Positions 18,054-27,429 of a stretch of 64,000 bases of DNA are shown piece after piece. How positions within the stretch are numbered: position 1 is the stretch's first letter; each line of letters starts with the position of its first letter. The stretch comes from Candidatus Krumholzibacteriota bacterium (GTDB lineage: Bacteria; Krumholzibacteriota; Krumholzibacteriia; Krumholzibacteriales; Krumholzibacteriaceae): the NCBI GenBank assembly GCA_041309605.1, contig JBFYZH010000115.1, positions 5,824 to 69,823 on the forward strand, read 5' to 3'. Below the pieces are notes generated by a model. It searched no databases. It was not told the DNA's origin and saw nothing but the letters and a program-made list of their open reading frames with translations. The translations under genes were made by a program, and so were the position numbers.

Positions 18054-18900
18054 AATGCCTTTCTTCCTGTTTGTATCGGACCTGCATGGAAAGACTCCCA
18101 GGTTCGAGAAACTGTTCGGCGCGATGGACGAGGGGAGGCCGGACGCCGTCTTCATCGGCGGGGACATTCTCCCGCATTTCCTGCACTCCGAGGCGGAGGA
18201 TTTCATCGAGGGATATTTCCTCAAACAGCTCGAGGCGCTCAGAGGCCGGATGAAGGAGTCTTATCCGCCGGTATTCGTCATCCTCGGAAACGACGACGGG
18301 AGGCTCGACGAGGAAATTCTTGTCGAGGCGGACGGGAAGGGGTTGATCAATTACGCCCACGACAGGAAAAAAGCCGTCGGGCGATGGACCGTTTACGGAT
18401 ATTCGTATGTCCCGCCGACGCCGTTCAGCCTGAAGGACTGGGAGAGGTACGACGTGTCGCGGTACGTCGATCCGGGGTGCATCTCGCCCGAGGAGGGTTC
18501 GCGTACGATCCCGGTCAGCGAGGACGAGGCCAGGTACTCGACGATACAGGACGATCTCGCGAAGCTCGCGCAGTCGGACGACATGGAGAACGCCATTTTC
18601 CTTTTCCACGCGCCGCCGTACAAAACCAATCTCGACAGGGCGGCCCTCGACGGAAGGACGGTCGACCACGTCCCGCTGGACGTGCATGTCGGCAGCATCG
18701 CCATCCGGCGCTTCATAGAATCGCGCCAGCCCCTCGTTACGCTGCACGGCCACATACACGAATCGCCGAGGATCACCCGCTCGTGGCGGGACCGTATCGG
18801 CCGCACGCACCTCTTTTCGGCGGCTCATGACGGGTCGCAGCTCGCCGTCATCAGCTTCGATCCGGAGGACCCGGGATCGGCTGAGCGCGCGCTTCTGTAA
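18054..18900 (+). CDS. Calcineurin-like metallophosphoesterase
   Basis: 'FLFVSDLHGK', 'VFIGGDILPH', 'VILGNDDG' and 'TLHGHIHE' motifs. Confidence 0.7.
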
Positions 18901-19003
18901 TCAACCGTGAAATCGCGGCGTCTTCCGGGCCAAGTGGCGCTCCGGAGGGTGTCTGAATCGGATCGATTCAGGGTTTGCCGAAGCTGCCGGGGCCGCGGGA
19001 GTT

Positions 19004-22000
19004 TCAGGGCTTGCCGGGGCTGCCGGGATTGCCGGGGCCGCCAGGGCCGCCAGGATTGCCGAAGCTGCCGGGGTTGCCGAGCGGGAGCGATCTCGCCGCA
19101 TCGGTGATCGCGCCTATCTTGACGGCGAAGCTCGTCCTGTTGGAGATGTCCTCGTCGGTCACGAAGTGCACGTCGAGAAGCCCTCCGGTGCGGTACCCCG
19201 TGCGAAGGTAGTTCAATTCGTCGAGGCAGAGGCTCCATCCCTCGAGCCAGTGCATGAGGTCGTCGCGCTGTTTCTTCTTTCCGCGGAAGTGTATGAGGAT
19301 GTCGATGTCGCTCGCGAGACCCGCCGTCGCGTTCTTGGTGCTGCCGAAGACGTAGAAGCCCTGGACGCCGAACCGCTGCGGATCGATCCGCGATGCGATG
19401 TGTTCGGCCATGCGGAGCCTCCATACCCACGACTGGTCGGCGGGATCCTCGTGGTCGAGCGGTTTGTCTGAAACCGGCTCCGAGGCCGAACCCGGTTCGG
19501 CCAGCACCCCGACCGCCTCGCCGATGTCGGCGTTCATAAGAACGCGCAGGACCAGGCCGCCGGTCACCTCCGGCACGTCGATCAACCTCACGGTGTCGGC
19601 GAGATGCTCGTACTCCAGCAGGACTTCGGCGAGGATGTTCTTGGAATTCCGGAGGAAATCCTCGTTGAAAACGATCCCGTCGTCGTCGGGGTAGAGTGGG
19701 AGGTAGCGTATGTGTCCCTCGACGAGGTCCTGGAAGAAATGTGTGCCGAAGGAAAGGTCGGGCAGGTAGTTACCCTTCTTTCTTGCGATCTCTATCAGCA
19801 CGGCCGTGTTGTTGATGTCCGAGTACGTGATGCTCACGCCGAGCTTGATGTCGCCGCGGCTTCCCCAGCGTCCAGGTCCCATGAGGATGAACTGCCTCTT
19901 GGGAAGCAGCTTGTTGAGCTTGCCGACCGCGCGGCCTACGGCGACGAGATCGTCCCTGTCGGAAAGTTCGCTGTATTTTTCGGGATCGATATAGACTACG
20001 TGCGTTATCTCCGGGACGCGCCCGTTCGACACGTACCGGTTCGCCGAGAAGATCTTCCTTTCCGGAGGCGTGTTCTGCGGGATGGGCGTGGCTACACTGT
20101 CTTCCGAATAGCTCTGCGGCCTGCACTGGAGAAGGTAGAGGTCCTTGCCGTCGTGCGCGAATTCTATATCGACGGGCGTGGAGAGTTTTTCCTCGAGGAG
20201 CTTGAGCATGCCGTCGATTTTTTTAACGAAGGGGGTGTCGGTCACGAGTCCCTCGAAGGTCGTATAGACCTCCGTCTCCGCGAAATCCAGCCTCATCGCG
20301 AACGCCTTGTGAAGGTGCCCGTTTTCGTAGACGGAGACGATCTTCTCTATCATCGGTATTTCGGCCCCGGTTTCCCTGAAAAAATCGCGCAGGACGACCG
20401 TCTCGAATGAATTCGTCTTCAGATTGATCACGTCGGCCATCCTCGGCGAATAGTAGATCGATTCCTCGGGGGTGACGTTTACGCGAAGGCTCGGATTGCC
20501 TGGCGCGAGAAGGATCGGGAAGTCGTCGCCGAGGCGGTCCACCGCCCTTGTGCCGAGGCCCGGCACCATCCTTATGAGCCCGTCCTCGCGCCTGATCCGC
20601 GGCGACCAGAGGAACTCGTTCCTGCTGAAGGCGACCCCCGAAAAAGCGGGCAGATAATAATCCCCGATGCGCCTTCCAACGACCTCCTGGATCATTATGC
20701 CCATTTCCTCGCTGAAGTCGAGAAGCCCTCGCTCGGACCTGTACTCGATCGGGTCGGGCCCGAAGGTCGAGGCGTAGACCTCCGCTATCGCGTCCATCAG
20801 GGCCTCGAGCCGTTTCTGCTTGCTCCCCTGGTTGGCGAGGAAGAGACTCTTGTACTTTCCCGAGAAAGCCGCCCCGAGGCTGTCCTCGAGAAGGCTCGAG
20901 CTTCGTATGATGAGCGGCGTGTATCCGAATTCGTCGAGCATCATCGACAGGCCCTGGACGATTTCTGGCGGGAAGCGGCCGTTCTTGAAGGTCCGTATCA
21001 CGTTCGGATACTCGAGCCGGATCTGGTTGATGTCCTTGTATTTCTGCTCGATGATCTCGTCGAGGTTGTTGTACCCGAGAAATACGAGGAGAAGGTCGCT
21101 CGTGAGGTGCCAGCTTCTCGGTATCTTTATCTGTTTGAGCAGATCGCCGGCTTCGTCCGATTTTTTTATGATATTGTATGCGAGGTGCAGTCCGGCGCAT
21201 TTGCCCCCGAGCCTTCCGTGGCTGTCCGAGCAGTAGACGATCCTGTCGATGACGTCGGAATAATCGCTTATCCCGATATATTTTTTCGCGATGTTGATGT
21301 GTTCGAGCTGCCCCGAATAGAACCGCCTGATCAGCGCGACTTCGACGCCGCTTTTTGTCGCCCCGGTGAGCTCGATCCCCTCGGGGGCGATGGCGCGGTA
21401 ATCCCTCAGGGTCGAGATCACGCCGGCCAGCGTCGTGTTGCGGTTTGTCAGCTGCATGAGGAACTTGAGCTTGTCCTCCTGTATCCATTTCTGAAGGTAG
21501 GCCATGATCTGGTTGTCGGTGAACTGCGTCGAGGCTATGTCGAATATCTCCGCGCTCAACTCATCGGTTATCCTGAGGGCCTTCCTCTTCTTCGGCTTGT
21601 TCGTCTCCGCGGGATTCTCGGCGTCCAGGTCGTTCGAGGCGCTGTTGCCGTCGCGCAGCCTGTCCGCCTTCTCGACGCCGGTCCAGCAGAGATGATTGAG
21701 CATTCTCTCGGAGATGTTGTTGAACAGGTTGCGGTCGGTGTTGCCCACCAGGTTCAGTATCGCGCGCCATTCCCTCTCGCCGTCGTCGGTCTTGAGCGCG
21801 CCCTTCTTCTCCGCGGCCCCCTTGAGCATCTGGTGTAGCATGAAACTGCCCAGCCTGGCGGCTATCGTCTGGAGCAGCCTCATTTCCTGCTTGAGGAAGG
21901 GGCATTCCTCCTTCTCCGGCGTGGTCTTGACGTAAAAAACGTGGATCTCGCCGGCCTTTTTCTCGTTTACGAGGATGTCGGCGCGCTGCATGCACTCGGT

Positions 22001-22231
22001 CTCCCTGAAGTCGGGGGGCTGGAAGACGCCGGTGCCCACCAATACCCTCGCGCGGCAGTCGTCCGGGTGCTGCCATCCCGACGGGATCGCCTCGGCGATA
22101 TCCATGCAGACCTGGTCGAGCTCGGCGTCATGCTTCTTCAGTATTTCCTCGACGCGGTAAAGGCACTCGAGTTCCTTCTCCCTTTCGCGGAAGAAGTGGA
22201 GCATGTCGTCGTTGTACTGTTCCTTATTCAT
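19004..22231 (-). CDS. Large multidomain protein (1075 aa). Domains in order: unknown N-domain, PEP-synthase/PPDK-type ATP-binding domain (PPDK_N), conserved middle domain shared with the neighbouring paralogue, C-terminal Pol-beta-type nucleotidyltransferase domain, Gly-Pro collagen-like tail.
   Basis: 'GGKCAGL', 'IRSSSLLEDSLGAAFSGKYKS' and 'VDIEFAHDGKDLYLLQCRPQ' are hallmarks of PF01326-type domains. Middle domain 'ILMGPGRWGS...SFGTHFF'. NTase motif 'FYVFGSTKNATAGLASDIDILIHF'. Tail 'GNPGSFGNPGGPGGPGNPGSPGKP'. Confidence 0.75.
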   Translation of the reverse strand: MNKEQYNDDMLHFFREREKELECLYRVEEILKKHDAELDQVCMDIAEAIPSGWQHPDDCRARVLVGTGVFQPPDFRETECMQRADILVNEKKAGEIHVFYVKTTPEKEECPFLKQEMRLLQTIAARLGSFMLHQMLKGAAEKKGALKTDDGEREWRAILNLVGNTDRNLFNNISERMLNHLCWTGVEKADRLRDGNSASNDLDAENPAETNKPKKRKALRITDELSAEIFDIASTQFTDNQIMAYLQKWIQEDKLKFLMQLTNRNTTLAGVISTLRDYRAIAPEGIELTGATKSGVEVALIRRFYSGQLEHINIAKKYIGISDYSDVIDRIVYCSDSHGRLGGKCAGLHLAYNIIKKSDEAGDLLKQIKIPRSWHLTSDLLLVFLGYNNLDEIIEQKYKDINQIRLEYPNVIRTFKNGRFPPEIVQGLSMMLDEFGYTPLIIRSSSLLEDSLGAAFSGKYKSLFLANQGSKQKRLEALMDAIAEVYASTFGPDPIEYRSERGLLDFSEEMGIMIQEVVGRRIGDYYLPAFSGVAFSRNEFLWSPRIRREDGLIRMVPGLGTRAVDRLGDDFPILLAPGNPSLRVNVTPEESIYYSPRMADVINLKTNSFETVVLRDFFRETGAEIPMIEKIVSVYENGHLHKAFAMRLDFAETEVYTTFEGLVTDTPFVKKIDGMLKLLEEKLSTPVDIEFAHDGKDLYLLQCRPQSYSEDSVATPIPQNTPPERKIFSANRYVSNGRVPEITHVVYIDPEKYSELSDRDDLVAVGRAVGKLNKLLPKRQFILMGPGRWGSRGDIKLGVSITYSDINNTAVLIEIARKKGNYLPDLSFGTHFFQDLVEGHIRYLPLYPDDDGIVFNEDFLRNSKNILAEVLLEYEHLADTVRLIDVPEVTGGLVLRVLMNADIGEAVGVLAEPGSASEPVSDKPLDHEDPADQSWVWRLRMAEHIASRIDPQRFGVQGFYVFGSTKNATAGLASDIDILIHFRGKKKQRDDLMHWLEGWSLCLDELNYLRTGYRTGGLLDVHFVTDEDISNRTSFAVKIGAITDAARSLPLGNPGSFGNPGGPGGPGNPGSPGKP

Positions 22232-23981
22232 GGAGTATCACCCCCCGGCCGCTTCGGCCGTCCACCCTGATTTCGAGAGGCCGGTCGAGCCTCACATGCC
22301 TGACGTGTTCGGTCGTCGCGGCGGGCGGCTGCGAGTCGAGCCACTTCCAGTCTATCAGATATTCTCCGTCATGTTGAACGGAGAAATAGAATATCCTGAA
22401 ACTCGTGACGTTGTGGAAAAAGTGCGATCCCTGGCTGAGGTTGAAATTCATGTCGGGAAGGGACGCTTCTACGATCACCTTCGCGCCGGAAATCTGGCTG
22501 AAATCGACCGGTATCCCGCCGGACGGGTCGGTCGTTCCCCAGCGCCCGAATCCTATCAGGATATAGGGCTTTTTAGCGCCGGTCAGTTCGCGGTTGAATC
22601 GCTCGATCTCCTTTGCGATCGCGCCGGTGCCGGCCGCGTCGAAACGTTCCGGATCGACGTAAAGTATGTCGGTAATGTCGCCCAGGGTGCCGTTGCCGAG
22701 GACCGTCTTCGAGGCGAGAACGGCCCGGGCGCTGGAAAGCTCCTCTTCGGGCACTTCGACCTTCGCGTCGGAAACGACCATCGGCCTTACCTGCAGAAAC
22801 CCGAAATGCGCCGGCGAGCAGTACTCCCGCTCGAGGGTCATGGCGAATTCGATCTCCACCATCGTCCCGATAGTGTCCTCGCAAAGCTTCAATACCGTCC
22901 TCAGGACCTCGGTGAGCGGTATGACGCCGGCCTTGAGGATCGGGGAGAAATCGAGGACACGAGGTCCCGCGGCCTCGATTCCCATCTCGATCCTCTCGTC
23001 GTACGGAAGGTATGTCGAGGCTATATGGCGCAGGGTCCCGTCGTATTCGCCGTCCTCGATACCGCACCTTACGAGGTACTCGGTCTCGAGTATCGGATTG
23101 TAGACCGGAGGCGCGCCCATGTTGACGGCCCAGAATCCGGTCTGCGAATTCTTGAGCATGTCGCCGATCGATTTGAACGGCGGGTTCGCCTGGGGCCAGG
23201 CCGGCGAGAAGGCCCACGACACCCCTTCGTCGACGATGGTCCGGCCGAGGCCGAGGGCCAGTTCGACGATCCCCTCGCCCGGCCGGGCGTTGCCGGTCGG
23301 ATAGAAATTGTACGAGCGCATGACCCCCGATATATGGGGGTAGAAACGGGTGTCGAACCTCGTCCCGACTATCTCCTGGACGATCACCGCCATCTTTTCG
23401 TCGATCGTCGCGTGGTGCGTCGCCTTCATGTAATTGCCCGCGGATTTGAAGAAAGTGGAGGCGTAGACGAACTTGATCGCCTCGGAGAGTTTCCTGAAAC
23501 GCGAATCGGCGTCGGGCTGGTTGTTGGAGACCATCTTCGTCGCGTAGACGCTGGCGAACGGTTCGAACATCGCGTCTTCCAGAAGGCTCGAGGAGCGTAT
23601 CGCCAGCGGCGAATGGACCTGCTCGACGAGGGAGCGCAGGTCTCCGACGAGGCGCACGGGGAGGGTCGCCTTCTGGAAGGCGTGCGCTATGAGGTCGTCG
23701 CGGTCTCCCGAGTAGGCGATATCGAAGAGATTGTTCTCCTTCATGAAAAGGTCGAAGAACTCGGTGGTAATCACGCTCAGGGTGGGGATCGTTATCGAAA
23801 TGTCGGGTTCGTACGATCTGCACGGCTTCGACTCGAGGATGGTCTTCATCCTTGCCAGGCCGTGCGCCTTGCCGCCGAGCTCGCCCGAACCCATGTAGGT
23901 GAAACGGTGGCTGCCGTCGAAAAAATGCCGGTCAAACCGGGTAAGGGAGGCGTGATGGGGGCTGTATTCTTTCCCGGGCAT
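22224..23981 (-). CDS. PPDK_N (PEP synthase ATP-binding)-domain protein (585 aa) plus the same middle domain. Paralogue of the adjacent gene; overlaps it by 8 bp.
   Basis: 'ELGGKAHGL', 'IRSSSLLEDAMFEPFASVYATKMV' and 'VEIEFAMT...GFLQVRPM'. Middle domain 'ILIGFGRWGTTDPSGG...SQGSHFFHN' is alignable to the 1075-aa protein. Confidence 0.75.
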   Translation of the reverse strand: MPGKEYSPHHASLTRFDRHFFDGSHRFTYMGSGELGGKAHGLARMKTILESKPCRSYEPDISITIPTLSVITTEFFDLFMKENNLFDIAYSGDRDDLIAHAFQKATLPVRLVGDLRSLVEQVHSPLAIRSSSLLEDAMFEPFASVYATKMVSNNQPDADSRFRKLSEAIKFVYASTFFKSAGNYMKATHHATIDEKMAVIVQEIVGTRFDTRFYPHISGVMRSYNFYPTGNARPGEGIVELALGLGRTIVDEGVSWAFSPAWPQANPPFKSIGDMLKNSQTGFWAVNMGAPPVYNPILETEYLVRCGIEDGEYDGTLRHIASTYLPYDERIEMGIEAAGPRVLDFSPILKAGVIPLTEVLRTVLKLCEDTIGTMVEIEFAMTLEREYCSPAHFGFLQVRPMVVSDAKVEVPEEELSSARAVLASKTVLGNGTLGDITDILYVDPERFDAAGTGAIAKEIERFNRELTGAKKPYILIGFGRWGTTDPSGGIPVDFSQISGAKVIVEASLPDMNFNLSQGSHFFHNVTSFRIFYFSVQHDGEYLIDWKWLDSQPPAATTEHVRHVRLDRPLEIRVDGRSGRGVILHE

Positions 23982-24121
23982 CGCAGGCGGCCTCGCTCCG
24001 AAAGGGTTGTCCGGCCGGTCATTGTCCCGTCGCGCGCGGCGTTTCTGTTTCGGCCGGATGCGAACCGTCCCGGCCGGTGCTGCCGGCCGGGACAGGCAAA
24101 TACCTTGAAAGGACGTCTCGT

Positions 24122-25408
24122 TTATACCCAGCCGCGGTCCTTGCAGGCCTGCGCCACGCGTCCGACCGCTATGACATAGGCCGCGTCGCGCATGTAGAGT
24201 TTCTTCTTCTTCGCAAGGTCGCTCACCGCGTTGAACGCCGAAGTCATCTTCGTGTCCAGTTTGCCGAGCACTTCGTCCTTTTCCCAGAAATAGTTCATGT
24301 TCGACTGAACCTGCTCGAAGTAGCTGCAGGTGACGCCGCCGGCGTTGGCCAGCAGGTCGGGGATCATGAAGATGCCGCGTTCGTGGATCGCCTTGTCCGC
24401 TTCGGGAGTGGTGGGGCCGTTGGCTCCCTCGGCTATTATCTTTACCGTCTTGCTTATCTTGTCCACGTTCTTGCCCGTGATCTGGTGTTCGAGAGCCGCC
24501 GGGATGAGTATGTCGACATCCTGTTCGATCCAGGCATCTCCGGGGAGCACCTCGTAACCGTGCTCCTTGGCGAGGGCCTTGTCGATCCCGCCGAAACGGT
24601 CGGTAATGCTCCTGAGGGTGGCAAGGTCGACTCCGTCCTCTTTATGGAATGAATAGGACGTCTGGTCCTTCTGGTCCCAGCTCGATACGCAGACGACCTT
24701 GCCCCAGATCTGGTTGTACAGATCGATCGCGTACTGGGCGACGTTGCCGAACCCCTGGACGCTCGCCTTCGTTTCGCTCGCGGGGATGTCGAGCTGTTTC
24801 AAAGCCTCGCGCACGGTGAAGATGACTCCGTACCCGGTCGCCTCTGTCCGGCCGAGCGATCCGCCCATGCCGACCGGCTTGCCGGTGATGAAGCCCGGAA
24901 GGCGCTGGCCGTGTATCGTTTCGAACTCGTCGAGCATCCAGAGCATGTGCTGGGCGCTCGTCATCACGTCGGGCGCGGGGACGTCCTTCAGGGGGCCCAT
25001 GTCTTTTGCGAGGTGGCGTATCCATCCGCGGCAGATCGCCTCCTGTTCGCGCATGCTCAGGTTGTGCGGATCGCAGATGATGCCGCCCTTGCCGCCCCCG
25101 AGCGGGATGTCCACGACGGAGCATTTCCAGGTCATCCACATCGCGAGCGCCCTTACCGTATCTATCGTTTCCATGGGATGGAAACGGATGCCGCCCTTGG
25201 CGGGGCCTCTCGCGTCGTTGTGCTGTACGCGGAATCCCCTGAAGACCTTTACGGTCCCGTCATCCATCCTCACGGGAATGCTTACGTGGTACTCTCTGAG
25301 GTTGTACCGTAACAATTCCTTCGTGCCCTGATCGAGATCGAGGATTTCCGCGACCTTGTCGAACTGGGCCTGGGCCATTTCGAAGGGATTGAACGATTTT
25401 TCTGCCAT
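24122..25408 (-). CDS. gdhA: Glutamate dehydrogenase (Glu/Leu/Phe/Val dehydrogenase family)
   Basis: 'GGKGGIICDP', 'GFGNVAQYA' and typical GDH length and order. Confidence 0.9.
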   Translation of the reverse strand: MAEKSFNPFEMAQAQFDKVAEILDLDQGTKELLRYNLREYHVSIPVRMDDGTVKVFRGFRVQHNDARGPAKGGIRFHPMETIDTVRALAMWMTWKCSVVDIPLGGGKGGIICDPHNLSMREQEAICRGWIRHLAKDMGPLKDVPAPDVMTSAQHMLWMLDEFETIHGQRLPGFITGKPVGMGGSLGRTEATGYGVIFTVREALKQLDIPASETKASVQGFGNVAQYAIDLYNQIWGKVVCVSSWDQKDQTSYSFHKEDGVDLATLRSITDRFGGIDKALAKEHGYEVLPGDAWIEQDVDILIPAALEHQITGKNVDKISKTVKIIAEGANGPTTPEADKAIHERGIFMIPDLLANAGGVTCSYFEQVQSNMNYFWEKDEVLGKLDTKMTSAFNAVSDLAKKKKLYMRDAAYVIAVGRVAQACKDRGWV

Positions 25409-25561
25409 GGTCTCACTCTCCTAAAAAAAATTGGTTAACAGACATGGTTAAATTAATGTTTTATTCCGTAATTGTCAAGGAGGATCGGATTTATTGAAGG
25501 GCCGGTTCCCGGAAGCGACGTAACTGTGCAACCGACTGTCATTAAATAATATATATACAAA

Positions 25562-25589
25562 GAGCGGAAGGCCGGACGGCCTTCCGCTC
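25562..25589 (-). terminator. Rho-independent terminator for the ECF/metal-stress operon
   Basis: Perfect 12-bp stem gagcggaaggcc/ggccttccgctc with a 4-nt loop. On the minus strand it is followed by a U-rich tract (plus-strand atatatacaaa at 25549-25561). Confidence 0.55.
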
Positions 25590-25638
25590 GATTGTCGCCC
25601 GAGAGGGGGCTCAGGCGGGGTCTCATGTGGGGTATTCA

Positions 25639-26367
25639 CTATTTCTTTTCTATGACCTTGATCTCCTGGCATTTCTTAAGGCATTCGTCCGTGCACTGGC
25701 TCTTGTCTGTATGGCCGCATCCCATCGTTTCGCACTGGACCTTTATGACCTTCATGTCGCATCCCATTTCTTTGCCGTCTCTGACGCCGCATCCGCCCGC
25801 GCCCATTCCTTCCCCGCGGCAGCCCGAGCCGCCCATGCGGGAGCGGCCGTCCTTGCCCATCGTGCAGCAATGGCCGCGCTCGCCCGACATGCTTCCGTGC
25901 CCCTCACGGCCCATCATGCAGCCGTGTCCGCCCATCTCACCCGTGCAACAGCCCCGGCCCATGCCGCATCCATGGTGGCTCATGAACGTCTTGAACTGAT
26001 CGGCTGAAAGGAGCTTGCGCACTTCAAGCAGGAAATCGTGGCGGTTGCTCATCAGCGCCGCCTGCACGTCGCGCATCTCGGCGGCGAGCTTGTCGATCGT
26101 CTTGCGGCCGGGATTGTCGGAAGTGAATTCCTTGAACAGCTGTTCGTGTATCCCGTCCCTCTTCTTTTCCAGATCGACGTTCCTGAGTTTGAGATCGATC
26201 CCGAGCTTTTCGATCTTCAGCGACGTTTCCTTGTCGAGTTTCTGCATAGATTCCTGGCAGCTCTTCTCGCATTCCTTCGCCTTCATCGGTTCGCCCTGCG
26301 CGAACAGGTAGACGGGAAGGACCGCCGCGATCATGATCGCGGTCAGGATAAACAGACCTTTTCTCAT
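25639..26367 (-). CDS. Periplasmic CpxP/Spy/ZraP-like (LTXXQ) protein with a long Cys/His/Met/Gly-rich metal-binding C-terminal tail
   Basis: Signal peptide 'MRKGLFILTAIMIAAVLPVYLFA'. 'LSADQFKTF' LTXXQ-like motif. Tail 'HHGCGMGRGCCTGEMGGHGCMMGREGHG...GHCCTMG...CETMGCGHTDKSQCTDEC'. Four-nt overlap with the upstream gene. Confidence 0.6.
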   Translation of the reverse strand: MRKGLFILTAIMIAAVLPVYLFAQGEPMKAKECEKSCQESMQKLDKETSLKIEKLGIDLKLRNVDLEKKRDGIHEQLFKEFTSDNPGRKTIDKLAAEMRDVQAALMSNRHDFLLEVRKLLSADQFKTFMSHHGCGMGRGCCTGEMGGHGCMMGREGHGSMSGERGHCCTMGKDGRSRMGGSGCRGEGMGAGGCGVRDGKEMGCDMKVIKVQCETMGCGHTDKSQCTDECLKKCQEIKVIEKK

Positions 26368-26897
26368 TTCGTTTCCTTTCCGAGCGAGTCGGCCCCGGAG
26401 CATTCTTTCTCCAGATACATGCACTTGCGGTCCGGACTGCACCCGATGAATAACATGAACCTTTCCCTCTCCGCCGGATCCAGGATCGAATGCGACCTAA
26501 GAAGCTTTCTCACGATCGACTTCTCGAGATCGCTCTGGAGGGTCGAAATGCCGTCCACCTTGTCCATGATCGCCTTGCTGTCGGGGCTGGCGGCATGAAA
26601 AAGGTCGAGCAGTTCGCTTCTCTCCCTGCCGATCCTTTCCCTGATCCCTTCCTCCGCGGAGCACGCTCTGAGCATCTCCCGCTCCACGAACTTCGTCTTG
26701 CTGTCGCAAAGACCGATTTCCGTCGCGAGGCGGTGACTTCTTTTCCTGCAGGATTCCTCGGGATCGCAGCGCCTGATCTCCATCCTGTCAGCGGCCTTCC
26801 CGTGCGCGCGCCAGTGAACGGCGACGGTCCCCAGAACCGCCGCGTTGAAGGACAGGGAGACGATGAGAGCGGCTTTCAGTTTCCAGCTAGACATCAT
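26364..26897 (-). CDS. Membrane-anchored periplasmic CpxP/heavy-metal-sensor-like protein
   Basis: N-terminal TM 'LKAALIVSLSFNAAVLGTVAV'. 'LDPAERERFMLF' LTXXQ-like motif. Confidence 0.5.
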   Translation of the reverse strand: MMSSWKLKAALIVSLSFNAAVLGTVAVHWRAHGKAADRMEIRRCDPEESCRKRSHRLATEIGLCDSKTKFVEREMLRACSAEEGIRERIGRERSELLDLFHAASPDSKAIMDKVDGISTLQSDLEKSIVRKLLRSHSILDPAERERFMLFIGCSPDRKCMYLEKECSGADSLGKETK

Positions 26898-27357
26898 CCC
26901 CTCCTTCCTCCGGCAGCAACAGTGTCTCTCCGAGCGATCCCGGAGGGAAGGCCCCGAGGTAATCCATTTCCGTCACTTCGGCCTGCTGAACGGAGGGCGC
27001 GGCGCCGAAATCCGCCATCACGTACCCGCCGGCCTTGACGCCGAGGAGTATCACGGCGGCGGCCGCCGCCGCTATTCCCGCCTTCCACCATGCGGAATGG
27101 CGACTTTCGAGGTCCGCCTGTCCCGGCATCCCTTCCACGCGACCCGCCAAAGCGAGGATCTTTTCCAGCAGGCCGGCCGACGGTTCGGTCCGCGCCAGGC
27201 CGCGATGAAGGCCGGTGATGGCGGCGAGGGACTCGTGAAACTCCCTGCATTCCCTGCATGATCCGAGGTGAAGCATGAGTTTTTCCTCCTCGGAGCGGGT
27301 CGCCTCGGCGTCGATCATCCTCGATACAAGTTTCCGGAAATCACGGCAATCCATCAA
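26887..27357 (-). CDS. Anti-sigma factor (zf-HC2 type) with one TM segment
   Basis: 'CRDFRKLVSRMID.......HLGSCRECREFHE' zinc-finger anti-sigma motif. TM 'AGIAAAAAAVILLGV'. Confidence 0.65.
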   Translation of the reverse strand: MMDCRDFRKLVSRMIDAEATRSEEEKLMLHLGSCRECREFHESLAAITGLHRGLARTEPSAGLLEKILALAGRVEGMPGQADLESRHSAWWKAGIAAAAAAVILLGVKAGGYVMADFGAAPSVQQAEVTEMDYLGAFPPGSLGETLLLPEEGGDDV

Positions 27358-27429
27358 AATTCCTCCTGCTATATGTGCAAACGGATCGTTTCTTAAAAAC
27401 TTGCTGAAAAAATCGCTCGCGCCATGAAT

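Noticed and set aside
18950-18968. Bidirectional terminator between the convergent phosphoesterase and 1075-aa genes
   Set aside because: 8-bp stem ctgaatcg/cgattcag with a 3-nt loop. No flanking U/A tracts. Too weak to call.
24064-24090. Terminator between gdhA and the PPDK_N pair
   Set aside because: There is a perfect palindrome gtcccggccgg-tgctg-ccggccgggac, but no U-tract on either strand. It lies upstream (not downstream) of the 585-aa gene start. Recorded only as an inverted repeat.
20223-24179. Several long ORFs (20223..21488 -, 21561..22076 -, 22203..24179 +, 22573..23823 -) within the PPDK_N gene pair
   Set aside because: Alternative frames or antisense to the two genes, which carry strong PEP-synthase-type motifs. 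Translations are extreme Arg/Gly/Pro-rich.
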